From contig JAXLNO010005338.1 of the NCBI GenBank assembly GCA_038087875.1, forward strand, positions 1 to 64,000: 64,000 nucleotides of DNA. Reading direction: 5' to 3'. This DNA is from Malacoraja senta. Lineage: Eukaryota. Positions 49,846 to 62,210 of this stretch are shown piece by piece. The translations under genes and the position numbers were made by a program. The notes under the pieces were generated by a model. It had not been told where the DNA came from, ran no database searches, and was given only the letters and a program-made list of their open reading frames with translations. Numbering within the stretch: position 1 is the stretch's first letter; the number at the start of each line of letters is the position of its first letter.

Positions 49846-50038
49846 GACTTCCGGTGGCGTCATGTTAGACTAACAGACGTGCACCCAGCTCCTCTCCCGA
49901 AAAACTTCACGATTTATCGTGTAAAACGGGTCCGAAAATCGGGATTGTTTTTAAAAACCTTACCGGAGCTTCTGGTTACCGCGCTGATGACGTCATCGTT
50001 AAACGCGATGTTTTAAACGGTGGTTTGAAGCCCTTTAA

Positions 50039-51100
50039 ATGAGTATTTTGACTCCAGCTGTGAGCCCTCAGAGAGCTGTGAATAAGCTGTCGAAAAAGTT
50101 CGAAACAGAAGTTACCTCTGAAGTCTCTGAAGTGGCTGCAGAAATGTCTAAGAAAGACTTTGATGATTTGAACAAATCAATGAAAAATTTGAAAGATGAG
50201 ATCTCGGATAATAGGGTGGAAGATAAGAAGGAAATGAAGGAAAATTCGGTAAAAATGATGGAAGGAATGGAGAAGATGATGAAGGATTTAAATGCTGGTA
50301 ACCAGAAGAATATGACGGATTTACTGGACATTATGAATAAACGAATTGATGAGGTGAAAGATGGACTATCAGAGAAAATGGATAAGATGGATGTAATTAC
50401 TACGGATAAGTTCACGGCTGTACTTGAAACAGTAGCTGCAAGTATGCAGACAATTACGGAAATGGAGAAAAATACGGCTCGACTGGTTGAAGACATGGCG
50501 AAATTGAGGCAAGAACATGAGCAAATGAGGCGAGAAAACGAACAAGCATCACTACAAATGGGGACTCAATTAGAGAAAGTCTCATTCAAATGCCTGGACC
50601 TGGAAGCTCGTTCTGGACGCCAGAATTTGAGAATTCTTGGTGTTTCAGAGGGGACAGAAGGAGAACAGGTACGTGAATTTGCCATGGGCTTGTTGAAACA
50701 ACTGTTGAATCTTCCCAAGGAACCGAACATCGAAGTGGCTCATCGTGTCCCAAGATTTGGAAAAAGATTTGATGCGGCAAAAGCTTATCCACGACATATT
50801 ATAGTGAAATTTCGAGATACTGCAGAACTGGAATACGTTATGACTAAAATCAAATATGGTGTACAATTACGGCTGGACAAAGACACTATTAAGATATTCA
50901 GGGACTACCCACATGAAATTGTGCAAAAAAGAAATACATTTGATAAGGTTAAAGATCTTTTAAGAGGGAGAGAAGGGGTCAGATTTGGGTTTTTTTATCC
51001 CGCGAAAATGCGTATTTCTTTTAATGGTCTTGAAAAGTCAATTGTTAAGCCTGAAGACGCTTTCAAATATGCCCAAACAATTGTTGAAAAACAGAAATAA
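50039..51100 (+). CDS. L1 ORF1p (coiled coil + RRM + CTD), 353 aa, open
   Basis: Heptad-rich N-terminal half, then LEARSGRQNLRILGVSEG..EVAHRV..RHIIVKF..IFRDY..FFYPAKMRI, matching L1 ORF1p motifs. Confidence 0.92.
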   Translation: MSILTPAVSPQRAVNKLSKKFETEVTSEVSEVAAEMSKKDFDDLNKSMKNLKDEISDNRVEDKKEMKENSVKMMEGMEKMMKDLNAGNQKNMTDLLDIMNKRIDEVKDGLSEKMDKMDVITTDKFTAVLETVAASMQTITEMEKNTARLVEDMAKLRQEHEQMRRENEQASLQMGTQLEKVSFKCLDLEARSGRQNLRILGVSEGTEGEQVREFAMGLLKQLLNLPKEPNIEVAHRVPRFGKRFDAAKAYPRHIIVKFRDTAELEYVMTKIKYGVQLRLDKDTIKIFRDYPHEIVQKRNTFDKVKDLLRGREGVRFGFFYPAKMRISFNGLEKSIVKPEDAFKYAQTIVEKQK

Positions 51101-51655
51101 AAGGGAGCTTTGGCAGATCCGAATAATTCTCAGCTATGTTTTGTCTGGGGATAGTTACATTGTTATCTCTGGAATGTTGAAGCAAGGACATTTTCTGTTC
51201 AAAACGTGTAATCAACTTTATAGCTGGATATGAATTAGAAAATAATTGCTTATTGATTAAAATGTTATAACCAATTGTAAGAACTTATCCTATTAACAAC
51301 TTTAAAAGTTATGCAGGTTAGATTAGAATACTAACAAAAAAAACAAAAAAATAATGAACTAACATACTAATATGAATTTTTAATAAATTGTAACCTTGTC
51401 TATAAGCGGGAGGAGGGGATGAGAAACGAGCTCCTGGCTTATGTCCAGGAGCACGTCTCGTTAACCCCTTCAACCAACAGCTGATTCTTATTGAAATCAA
51501 AAATATTGGTTTAATAATTAAACTCTGATATATATATATGTTATAAGGAAATATCAGGGTAAAATTGTATTATATATCTGAATGTGAGGCCTCGTTTTAA
51601 TATTTTAATATGTTATGATTAACTAAGTGAGCGGAGCGAGTTGAGCAACATCGCA

Positions 51656-51913
51656 ATGGAAGTCAAAATAAGGTTTTTTCCCACCTACAGGTGGGTCACT
51701 CGCTACAGTGCCGACTATAGACACTGTAGCCTCACTTTTTTAGTTTTTTTTTTATCACATAAAATCACTTGTTTGTGTTTTGTGTTTAGTGATAAGAATA
51801 ATATGGACATACCAACAAAAGTTAATAATTCAAAAACTCCCCCAATACCTAAAGACCTGGGATATGGACGCACCACAAGATTCAAAGGTACTATAATTAT
51901 TCAAAATGCATGA
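51656..51913 (+). CDS. Candidate small spacer ORF overlapping the ORF2 start (85 aa; also 43935-44195 and 57767-58027)
   Basis: GCAATGG strong Kozak context; open in all three A copies; stop TGA overlaps the ORF2 ATG as ATGCATGA. Coding status unproven. Confidence 0.35.
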   Translation: MEVKIRFFPTYRWVTRYSADYRHCSLTFLVFFLSHKITCLCFVFSDKNNMDIPTKVNNSKTPPIPKDLGYGRTTRFKGTIIIQNA

Positions 51914-54900
51914 CACCACACAAAAGAACCTAGGAGGAATCTCATTTTGTAGTTGGATTATAAGAGGTATTAACGAACCTATCAAAAGGGGTAAGATATT
52001 AGCTCAGCTAAAAATGTATAATTCTGACATTACCTTCCAACAAGAAACACACCTAAAACCTCAGGACCAAGTTAGGCTGAGGGCGAAATGGATAGGTCAA
52101 ACATACCACTCTTCATTCACTTCAAAATCTAGAGGCACGTCAATTATCATAAGAAAAGGTATACCATTTAAAGCAAAGAATATTATAACAGATATAGAAG
52201 GGAGATACCTAATAGTTAATGGAGAAATCCATGACACTCCACTTACTTTGGTAAATATATATGCCCCTAACTTTGATAACCCCCACTTTTTCAATAAAAT
52301 CTTCAATATAATTGCAGAGTCAAACTATCAAAATGTTATAATAGGCGGAGACTTTAACTGTGTTTTAGATCCGTACTTAGATAAATCAAGTCAAAAACAG
52401 AGAGGGAATATGAAATCGAAAACTGGGGAACTCCTCAATACCTACATAAATAACACTAATATAGCAGATGTTTGGAGAATTGTGAATCCAACTGGCAGGG
52501 AATATTCGTTTTACTCAATGGTACATAAGACATACTCACGTATAGACTACTTTCTGCTGGATACAAAATTAATTCCCCAAACATCTAATGCAATATATCA
52601 TACAAATTCAATTTCAGACCATTCTCCACTAACTTTCTTTTTAAAACTGGAAGGATTGTCTAAGAATAATTCATTCTGGAGATTTAACTCTCAAAATTTA
52701 AAAGATCCACAAGCGAGTATATATTTAAAAGAACAAATGGAGGTCTTTTTTCAAACAAATGATACTTCAGATATATCGCCTACTTTACTTTGGGAATCTT
52801 TTAAAGCATACATTAGGGGTATTATAATTTCATATCAAGCTTTTCAAAATAAAAATAATAAGAATGAACAAAGACAGTTAGAAGAACTTATTAGACAAAT
52901 GGATATAGATAATGCTAAAGATCCATCAATAGATAAACATAATAAAATAATAATTTTAAAATTTAAATTAAATAAATTATTATCTGCCAAACTTATAAGA
53001 CTTTTTCAAATTACAAAACAAGAGCACTTTGAATTTGGGGATAAACCGCATAAACTTTTGGCTCGCCAGCTAAAAAAACGAGAAAAGGAACATACTATAC
53101 CAAAGATCAAATCAGATAAAGGGGAATTATTAACAACACCGAAGGATATTAATAAAAGATTTGCGCAATTTTACGAGAATTTGTATACATCTAAAACGAT
53201 AATTGATTCCAATAATATCACAAAGTTCTTGGATACCTGTAATCTTCCAAAGTTAGAGCTGAAGAAACAAGAGGAACTGGGTGCACAAATCTCAATTAAG
53301 GAATTAGAAGATACAATAAACTCACTAAAAAATGGAAAAACACCAGGCCCTGATGGATTTACTAATGAATTTTATAAAAGCTTTTATGATAAAATAATAC
53401 CGATTACAAAAAATGTACCAATACGCTTTTAAAAAACGAATACTACCTGATACATTAGCGGAATCAACGATTACATTAATACCTAAGAAAAATAAGGATT
53501 TAGAAGAACCTGGCTCATATAGAGCTATAGCATTGTTAAACACAGATCAAAAAATATTAGCGAAAACATTAGCCAGAAGATTAAGTAAATACATTAGTAA
53601 ATTAATAAACCCATATCAGACAGGGTTTATCCCTAAGAGATACTCCTCTAATAATATGAGACGTCTACTCAACATAATGCACTCACACAAATCTGAAGAT
53701 CAAGAATTATCAATTATTTCGCTGGATGCTGAAAAAGCATTTGATCAAGTAGAATGGAATTATATGGATAAAGTATTACAAAAATTTCAACTGGGAGAGA
53801 ATTTTATTTTATGGATTAAGTTACTATATAACAAACCTACAGCTAGAATACTTACTAATAACATATTATCCTCGAAATTTCAACAACCAAGGGGAAATAG
53901 ACAAGGATGCTCATTATCACCACAGCTGTTTGCTCTCATTATTGAACCGCTAGCAGAAAAAATTATAATACACCCTGATATTCATGGATATAATACTAAA
54001 GACTCATATAATAAAATATCTTTATACGCGGATGATATATTATTGTATATTACAAAACCTCAAATCACTATACCAAATATATTAAATTTAATTGAAGACT
54101 TCGGATCTTTTTCTGGATATAGAATAAATTGGAATAAAAGTGAAATTATGTCAATAAAACCGAAAGATTCAACACATCTTTTAAAATTCCCTTTTAAAAT
54201 AGCTACAGAAAAATTTAAATATTTGGGAATCGAAATTACCAGAGCATATCAAGGTATGCTCAGGGCAAATTTTGACCCCCTACTTAATAAACTGAATACA
54301 TTAATTAAATTCTGGAAAACGCTTCCGATGTCTTTAATAGGCCGAATAAACGCAATAAAAATGATCTTTTTACCACAAATTTTATACCTATTTCAATCAA
54401 TTCCTATATACTTACCTAAGAAGTTTTTTTAAAAAACTCGACTCAGATATCACTAATTTTATATGGGACTATAAATCACATAGAATACAAAAAACCCATC
54501 TGAATAAATCTAAAGTATTGGGGGGTCTAGCACTACCTAATTTTATGTATTATTATTGGTCAGTAAATATTAAAAACATGATTCAACTGATGGATAACTC
54601 CGCCCAGCAAGTAGACTGGATTGTAATGGAGAAAGAGGATTGCTCCTCTAGAAACATTGGAGCGATCCTCCTCTCTCCAATGAAATTGAATAACATAAAC
54701 TATAATAAGAACCCAATTATTCATAGTACAATCCGTATTTGGAAACAAATAAAACAAAATTTAAAATTAAGAAACTTATCACTTTTATTACCTATAGTCA
54801 ATAACCCTTCGTTTAGTCCTTCTATTATAGATAAAGCTTATACACAATGGGATAGACTAGGAATTAAAACGCTTGGTGACTTGTATGAAACTGGAAAATT

Positions 54901-55696
54901 ACTTTCATTTCAACAATTACAAATAAAATATAAACTCGGAAATAATCAATATTTTAAATACTTTCAAATATGCGACTATTTGAAAAAATATATAAAAGAT
55001 CATCATAATAACCCAGCAGATGTACTGGACGAAGCAATGCAGATAAAAGCGGAATGAGCAAACTTAATATCATAGTTGTACAATATTATCTTAAATGCAC
55101 AAATACCATCTACGGAGGGTATCAGAAGAGACTGGGAACAAGAGTTAGCTATTAAAATTTCAAAGGAAAGTTGGAATGAATACTTATTAAAAGTGCATAA
55201 ATGCTCGATTAATGTAAGACACACTTTAATACAATTTAAAATTTTACATAGATTATATTATTCGAAAACTAAAATTCATAAAATTTTCCCAAACGTATCA
55301 TCTATTTGTGATAAATGTCAATCCCAAGAAGCAACTATAGCGCACTCATTTGTCTTCTGTACAAAAATTCAAAAATTTTGGAATGAAATTTTTGAAATCT
55401 TTACAAAGTTATTTAAAACAAGACTGATACCCAAAGCAGAATGGATTATCTTCGGAATAACGGAAGATGATCCAGAATTAAATGTGTTTCAAAAGAAATT
55501 AATGGATTATGGGTTAATAACTGGAAAAAAGCTAATTCTAAAATTTTGGAAGAAGGCTCCAATACCAACTATAAATATGTGGATTTCAAATATGTTTGAA
55601 ACATTACACCTTGAAGAGATAAGACTCCTCCTAGCAGGTAAACCAGATCACTTCCACCTGACGTGATCTGCATTTATAGAATTATTACAAACATAG
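51906..55696 (+). pseudogene. L1 ORF2 of A2 (EN + RT + C-terminal Cys domain), disrupted
   Basis: Consecutive ORF-track pieces 51906..53432, 53413..54432, 54518..55057 and 55076..55666, separated by frameshifts and premature TGA codons. Confidence 0.95.
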
Positions 55697-56106
55697 GGTG
55701 CAAAAGTACTTTAAAAAAAAATAAAAAATTGAGGTCGGGTAAGGGGGGATGATAGTTGAAGAGTTGGTATGTCCTATTTACGTGATGCTCAAAAAAAAAA
55801 CATTTGTTTCTCTTTTTTTTCTCTTTCTCTTTTCTTTTCTTAGGGCCTATTTCTTAACTCTTTTTCTTTTTGTTTTTAATTTCGCTCTTATAGGGTCTTC
55901 GTCCTTTTTTGTTGTTACATTTTCTACACTTTTCTACACTTGCACTTTTTCCTTCACTTTCTTCTCTCTTTCAATCTTTTCTTTCTCTAGTGTAAAAAAA
56001 TAAATAAAGGGAGTACATTAATTGTAAGATGATATAAATGACGAGTATTAATGTATGTGGTTGTAATGTAATGTACTTCTAATAAATAAAAATTAAAAAA
56101 AAAAAA

Positions 56107-57319
56107 AGAAATCTGACGCTTGGCCGACACTGCTTTCAATTGATTAGCAAGTAATTTACCAGATTTTTCGCCATTTATATAAAATTGACTTTTGGTTTTA
56201 AGTAACAGGTTCTCAATCGGTGATACTAATAACAAATCATATCTCAATTGAAGTTCAACTCTATTCTTATAGAGCTCTAAACTAGGAGCTTTTGAATATT
56301 TTTTTATCAATTTCTTTAATCTCGTCAGCCAATGTGCGTATTTCTTTTTGTGTTTGTTTTTTTAATCCCGCAGAGTATGAAATAATTTGTCCACGAATAT
56401 ATGCCTTAAAAGCATCCCAAACTATACCATTTTCTCTTCATTAGAGTTTGTCAAGAAGTAAAAAGCAATCTGATCTTTCATAAACTTAATAAAGTTTAAG
56501 TCTTGAAGCAAAGTAGCATTAAATCGCCATTGTTTAGCACTAAACTTGGAATCAGGTAGTTTGATCAATAGTTTCACTGGTGCATGATCAGAAATAGCAA
56601 TTGTATCATACTCACATGCAATGACCGATGGAACTAGCCGAGAATCTAGTATAAAATAGTCGATCCTAGAATAACTATGAAATACATGAGAGAAAAATGA
56701 AAATTCTTTGTCATTTGCGTGTAAGAATCTCCAAATTTCTAACATTCCCGAGTCAAGTAAAAAAAGAATAAAATAAATTAGCTGATATATTTGGAAGCAC
56801 ATGATCAGATGTAGACCTATCAATCGAGGGATTCAAACAGCAATTGAAGTCTCCATCCATTATTAAAAAGTGTTCATTTAAATTAGGAAAGGATGCAATT
56901 AACTGTTTAAAAAACTCAGGGTGATCAATATTTGGTGCACAGACGTTCACCAAAGCCACTTTTTGCCTAAAAAGGACAGCGGTAATCACCAAGAATCTGC
57001 CATATGGATCAGAAATTGTTTCATGGTGAACAAACGGAATTGAGGGGTCGATAAAAATAGAGACTCCTTTCACCTTAGCCTGTGAATTTGAATGAAACTG
57101 CTGTCCTCTCCAAAACTTGAAAAATCGTGACTTGTCATCTTGCCTTACATGAGTTTCCTGAACAAAGATAATCTGAGCATTTAGTCTGTGAAGAACTTTT
57201 TTTTAAAAATCCTCTTAATGGGATGGTTCAAGCCATTAACATTCCATGAAAGGAACTTTATCCATATTGCTTGTAAAAATCATGTGGGATGTAATGGGTT
57301 AATTTCTTGAAGCCTAAAA
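56107..57319 (-). mobile_element. L1 family B duplicate (B2b), copy of 42277-43488
   Basis: Continues B2a exactly across the A2 TSD; about 5 differences from B1. Confidence 0.95.
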
Positions 57320-57336
57320 TGGGAATGGTATATACC

Positions 57337-60300
57337 AGAAAATAATTGCTTATTGATTATAATATTATAACCAATTGTAAGAACTTATCCTATTAACAAC
57401 TTAATAAGTTATGCAGGTTAGATTAGAATACTAACAAAAACAAAAATAAAAAATAACGAACTAACATACTAATATGAATTTTTAATAAATTGAAACCTTA
57501 TCTATAAGTGGGAGGAGGGGATGAGAAACGAGCACCTGGCTTAGGTCCAGGGGCACGTCTCGTTAACCCCTTCAACCAACAGTTGATTCTTATTGAAGTC
57601 AAAAGTATCGGTTTAATAATTAGTAGTTAAAATTCCGATATATATATATGTTATAATGAAATATATAGGGTAAAATTGTATTATATATCTGAATGTGAGG
57701 CCCCGTTTTAATCTTTTAATATGTTATGATTAACCAAGAGAGCGGAGCTATTTGTGTAACAACGCAATGGAAGTCAAAACAAGGTTTTTTCCCACCTACA
57801 GGTGGGACACTCGCTATAGTGCCGACTATATCAGACACTGTATCTTCACTTTTTTAGTTTTTTTTTTATCACATAAAATCACTTGTTTGTGTTTTGTGTT
57901 TAGTGATAAGCGTAAAATGGACATACCAGCAAAACTTAAAAACTCAAAAGCTCCCCCAATACCTAAAGACCTGGGATATGGATGCACCACAAGATTCAAA
58001 GGTACTATAATTATTCAAAATGCATGACACCACACAAAAGAACCTAGGAGGAATCTCATTTTGTAGTTGGAATATAAGAGGTATTAACGAACCTATTAAA
58101 AGGGGTAAGATACTAGCTCAGCTGAAACTGTACAACTGCGACATTACCTTCCTACAAGAAACACACCTAAAACCTCAGGATCAAGTTAGGTTGAGGGCGA
58201 AATGGAGAGGTCAAACATACCATTCTTCATTTACTTCAAAATCTAGAGGCACGTCAATCATCATAAGAAAAGGTATACCATTTAAAGCAAAGAATATCAT
58301 AACAGATATAGAAGGGAGATACCTAATAGTTAATGGAGAAATCCATGACACTCCACTTACTTTGGTAAATATATATGCCCCTAACTTTGATAACCCCCAC
58401 TTTTTCAATAAAATTTTCAACATAATTGCAGAGTCAAACTATCAAAATGTTATAATAGGAGGAGACTTTAACTGTGTTTTAGATCCGTACTTAGATAAAT
58501 CAAGTCAAAAACAGAGAGGGAATATGAAATCGAAAACTGGGGAACTTCTCAATTCCTATATAAACAACACTAATATAGCAGATGTTTGGAGAATTGTTAA
58601 TCCAACTGGCAGGGAATACTCGTTTTACTCAATGGTACATAAGACATACTCACGTATAGACTACTTTCTGCTGGATACAAAATTAATCCCCCAAACATCT
58701 AATGCAATATACCACACAAACTCGATTTCAGACCATTCTCCACTAACTTTCTTTTTAAAACTGGAAGGATTGTCTAAGAATAAATCGTTTTGGAGATTTA
58801 ATTCTCAAATTCTAAAAGATCCACAAGCGAGTATATATTTAAAAGAACAAATGGAGGTCTTTTTTCAAATAAATGATACTCCAGATATATCGCCTACTGT
58901 ATTATGGGAATCTTTCAAAGCATACATTAGGGGTATTATAATTTCATATCAAGCTTTTCAAAATAAAAAGAATAAGAATGAACAAAGACAGTTAGAAGAA
59001 CTTATTAGACAAATGGATATAGATAATGCTAAAGATCCATCAATAGATAAACATAATAAAATAATAATTTTGAAATTTAAATTAAATAAATTATTATCTG
59101 CCAAACTTATAAGACTTTTTCAAATTACAAAACAAGAGCACTTTGAATTTGGGGATAAACCGCATAAACTTTTGGCTCGCCAGCTAAATAAACGAGAAAA
59201 GGAACATACTATACCAAAGATCAAATCAGATAAAGGGGAATTATTAACAACACCGAAGGATATTAATAAAAGATTTGCGCAATTCTATGAGAATTTGTAT
59301 ACATCTAAAACGACAATTGATTCCAATAATATCACAAAGTTCTTGGATACCTGTAATCTTCCAAAGTTAGAGCTGAAGGAACAAGAGGAACTGGGTGCAC
59401 AAATCTCAATTAAGGAATTAGAAGATACAATAAACTCACTAAAGAATGGAAAAACACCAGGCCCTGATGGATTTACTAATGAATTTTATAAAAGCTTTTA
59501 TGATAAAATAATACCAAGATTACAAAAAATGTACCAATATGCTTTTAAAAAACGAATACTACCTGATACATTAGCGGAATCAACGATTACACTAATACCT
59601 AAGAAAAATAAAGATTTAGAAGAACCTGGTTCATATAGAGCTATAGCATTGTTAAACACAGATCAAAAAATATTAGCGAAAACATAAGCTAGAAGATTAA
59701 GTAAATACATTAGTAAATTAATAAACCCAAATCAGACGGGGTTTATCCCTAAGAGATACTCTTCTAACAATATGAGACGTCTACTCAACATAATGCCCTC
59801 ACATAAATCTGAAGATCAAGAATTATCAATTATTTTGCTGGATGCTGAAAAAGCATTTGATCAAGTAGAATGGAATTATATGGACAAAGTATTAGAAAAA
59901 TTTCAACTGGGAGAGAATTTTATTCTATGGATTAAGTTACTATATAACGAACCTACAGCTAGAATACTAACTAATAACATATTATCCTCGAAATTCCAAC
60001 TATCAAGGGGAAATAGACAAGGATGCTCATTATCACCACAGCTGTTTGCTCTCATTATTGAACCGCTAGCAGAAAAAATTAGAATACACCCTGATATCCA
60101 TGGATATAATACTAAAGACTATATAATAAAATATCTTTATACGCGGACGATATATTACTGTACATTACAAAACCTCAAATCACTATACCAAATATATTAA
60201 ATTTAATTGAAGACTTTGGATCTTTTTCTGGATATAGAATAAATTGGAATAAAAGTGAAATTATGTCAATAAAACCGAAAGATTCAACACATCTTTTAAA

Positions 60301-62210
60301 ATTCCCTTTTAAAATAGTTACAGAAAAATTTAAATATTTGGGAATCGAAATTACCAGAACATATCAAGGTATGTTTAGGGCAAATTTTGACCCCCTACTT
60401 AATAAATTAAACACACTAATTAAATTCTGGAAAACGCTCCCGATGTCTTTAATAGGCCGAATAAACGCAATAAAAATGATCTTTTTACCACAAATTTTAT
60501 ACCTATTTCAATCAATTCCTATATACTTACCAAAGAAGTTTTTTTAAAAACTCGACTCAGATATCACTAATTTTATATGGGACTATAAATCACATAGAAT
60601 ACAAAAAACTCATCTGAATAAACCTAAAGTATTAGGGGGTTTAGCACTACCTAATTTTATGTATTATTATTGGTCAGTAAATATTAAAAACATGATTCAA
60701 CTGATGGATAACTCCGCCCAGCAAGTGGACTGGATTGTAATGGAGAAAGAGGATTGCTCCTCTAGAAACATTGGAGCGATCCTCCTTTCTCCAATGAAAT
60801 TGAATAACATAAATTATAATAAGAACCCAATTATTCATAGTACAATCCGAATTTGGAAACAAATAAAACAAAATTTAAAATTAAGAAATTTATCACTTTT
60901 ATTACCTATAGTCAATAAACCTTCGTTTAATCCTTCTATTATAGATAAAGCTTATACACAATGGGATAGACTAGGAATTAAAACGCTTGGTGACTTGTAT
61001 GAAACTGGAAAATTACTTTCATTTCAACAATTACAAATAAAATATAAACTCGGAAATAATCAATATTTTAAATATTTTCAAATATGCGACTATTTGAAAA
61101 AATATACAAAAGAGCATTATAATAACCCAGTAGATGTATTGGACGAGGCAATGCAGATAAAAGCGGAATCAGCAAACTTAATATCATATTTGTATAATAT
61201 TATCTTAAATGTACAAATACCATCTACGGAGGGTATCAGAAGAGACTGGGAACAAGAGTTAGCTATTAAAATGTCAAAGGAAAGTTGGAATGAATACTTA
61301 TTAAACGTGCATAAATGCTCGATTAATGTAAGACACACTTTAATACAATTTAAAATTTTACATAGATTATATTATTCGAAAATTAAAATTCATAAAATTT
61401 TCCCAAATGTATCATCTATTTGTGATAAATGTCAATCCCAAGAAGCTACTATAGCGCACTCATTCGTTTTCTGTACAAAAATTCAAAAATTTTGGAATGA
61501 AATTTTTGAAATCTTTACAAAGTTATTTAAAACAAGACTGATACCCAAAGCAGAATGGATTATCTTCGGAATAACGAAAGATGGTCCAGAACTAAATGTG
61601 TTTCAAAAGAAACTAATGGACTATTGGTTAATAACTGGAAAAAAGCTAATTCTAAAATTTTGGAAGAAGGCTCCAATACCAACTATAAATATGTGGATTT
61701 CAAATATGTTTGAAACATTACACCTAGAAGAGATAAGACTCCTCCTAGCAGGTAAACCAGATCACTTCCACCTGACGTGGTCTGCATTTATAGAATTATT
61801 ACAAACATAGGGTGCAAAAGTACTTTAAAAAAATTAAAAAAATTGAGGTCAGGTAAAGGGGGATGATAGTTGAAGAGTTGGTATGTCCCATTTACGTAAT
61901 GCTCATAAAAATATTTGTTTCTCTTTTTTTCCTCTTTCTCTTTCTCTTTTTTTCCTAGGGCCTATTTCTTAACTCTTTTTCTTTTGTTTTTAATTTTGCT
62001 CTTATAGGTACTTCGTCCTTTTTTGTTGTCACATTTTCTACACTTTCACTTTTTCCTTCACTTTCTTCTTTCTTTCAATCTTTTCCTTTTCTAGTGTAAA
62101 AAATAAAGGGAGTACATTAATTGTAAGAAGATATAAATGACGAGTACTAATGTATGTGGTTGTAATGTAATGTACTTCTAATAAATAAAAATTAAAAAAA
62201 AACAAAAAAA
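57337..62210 (+). mobile_element. L1 family A copy A3, 5'-truncated in the spacer
   Basis: Same 5' junction and 17-nt filler as A1; ORF2 58020-61810 is frameshifted; poly(A) ends at ~62210. Confidence 0.97.

Larger units (their letters stand above)
49846..56106 (+). mobile_element. Full-length L1 family A copy A2 with 15-17-bp TSD
   Basis: Starts (G)GACTTCCGG, CpG-rich 5' UTR, ORF1, ~800-bp spacer, ORF2, poly(A); AGAAATCTGACGCTT(GG) at 49829-49845 and 56107-56123. Confidence 0.97.

Noticed and set aside
50068-50496. Antisense ORFs over LINE coding regions (e.g. 50068..50496, 22936..23379, 33841..34164, 8112..8657)
   Set aside because: Shadow frames of LINE or Penelope ORFs, with no independent motifs.
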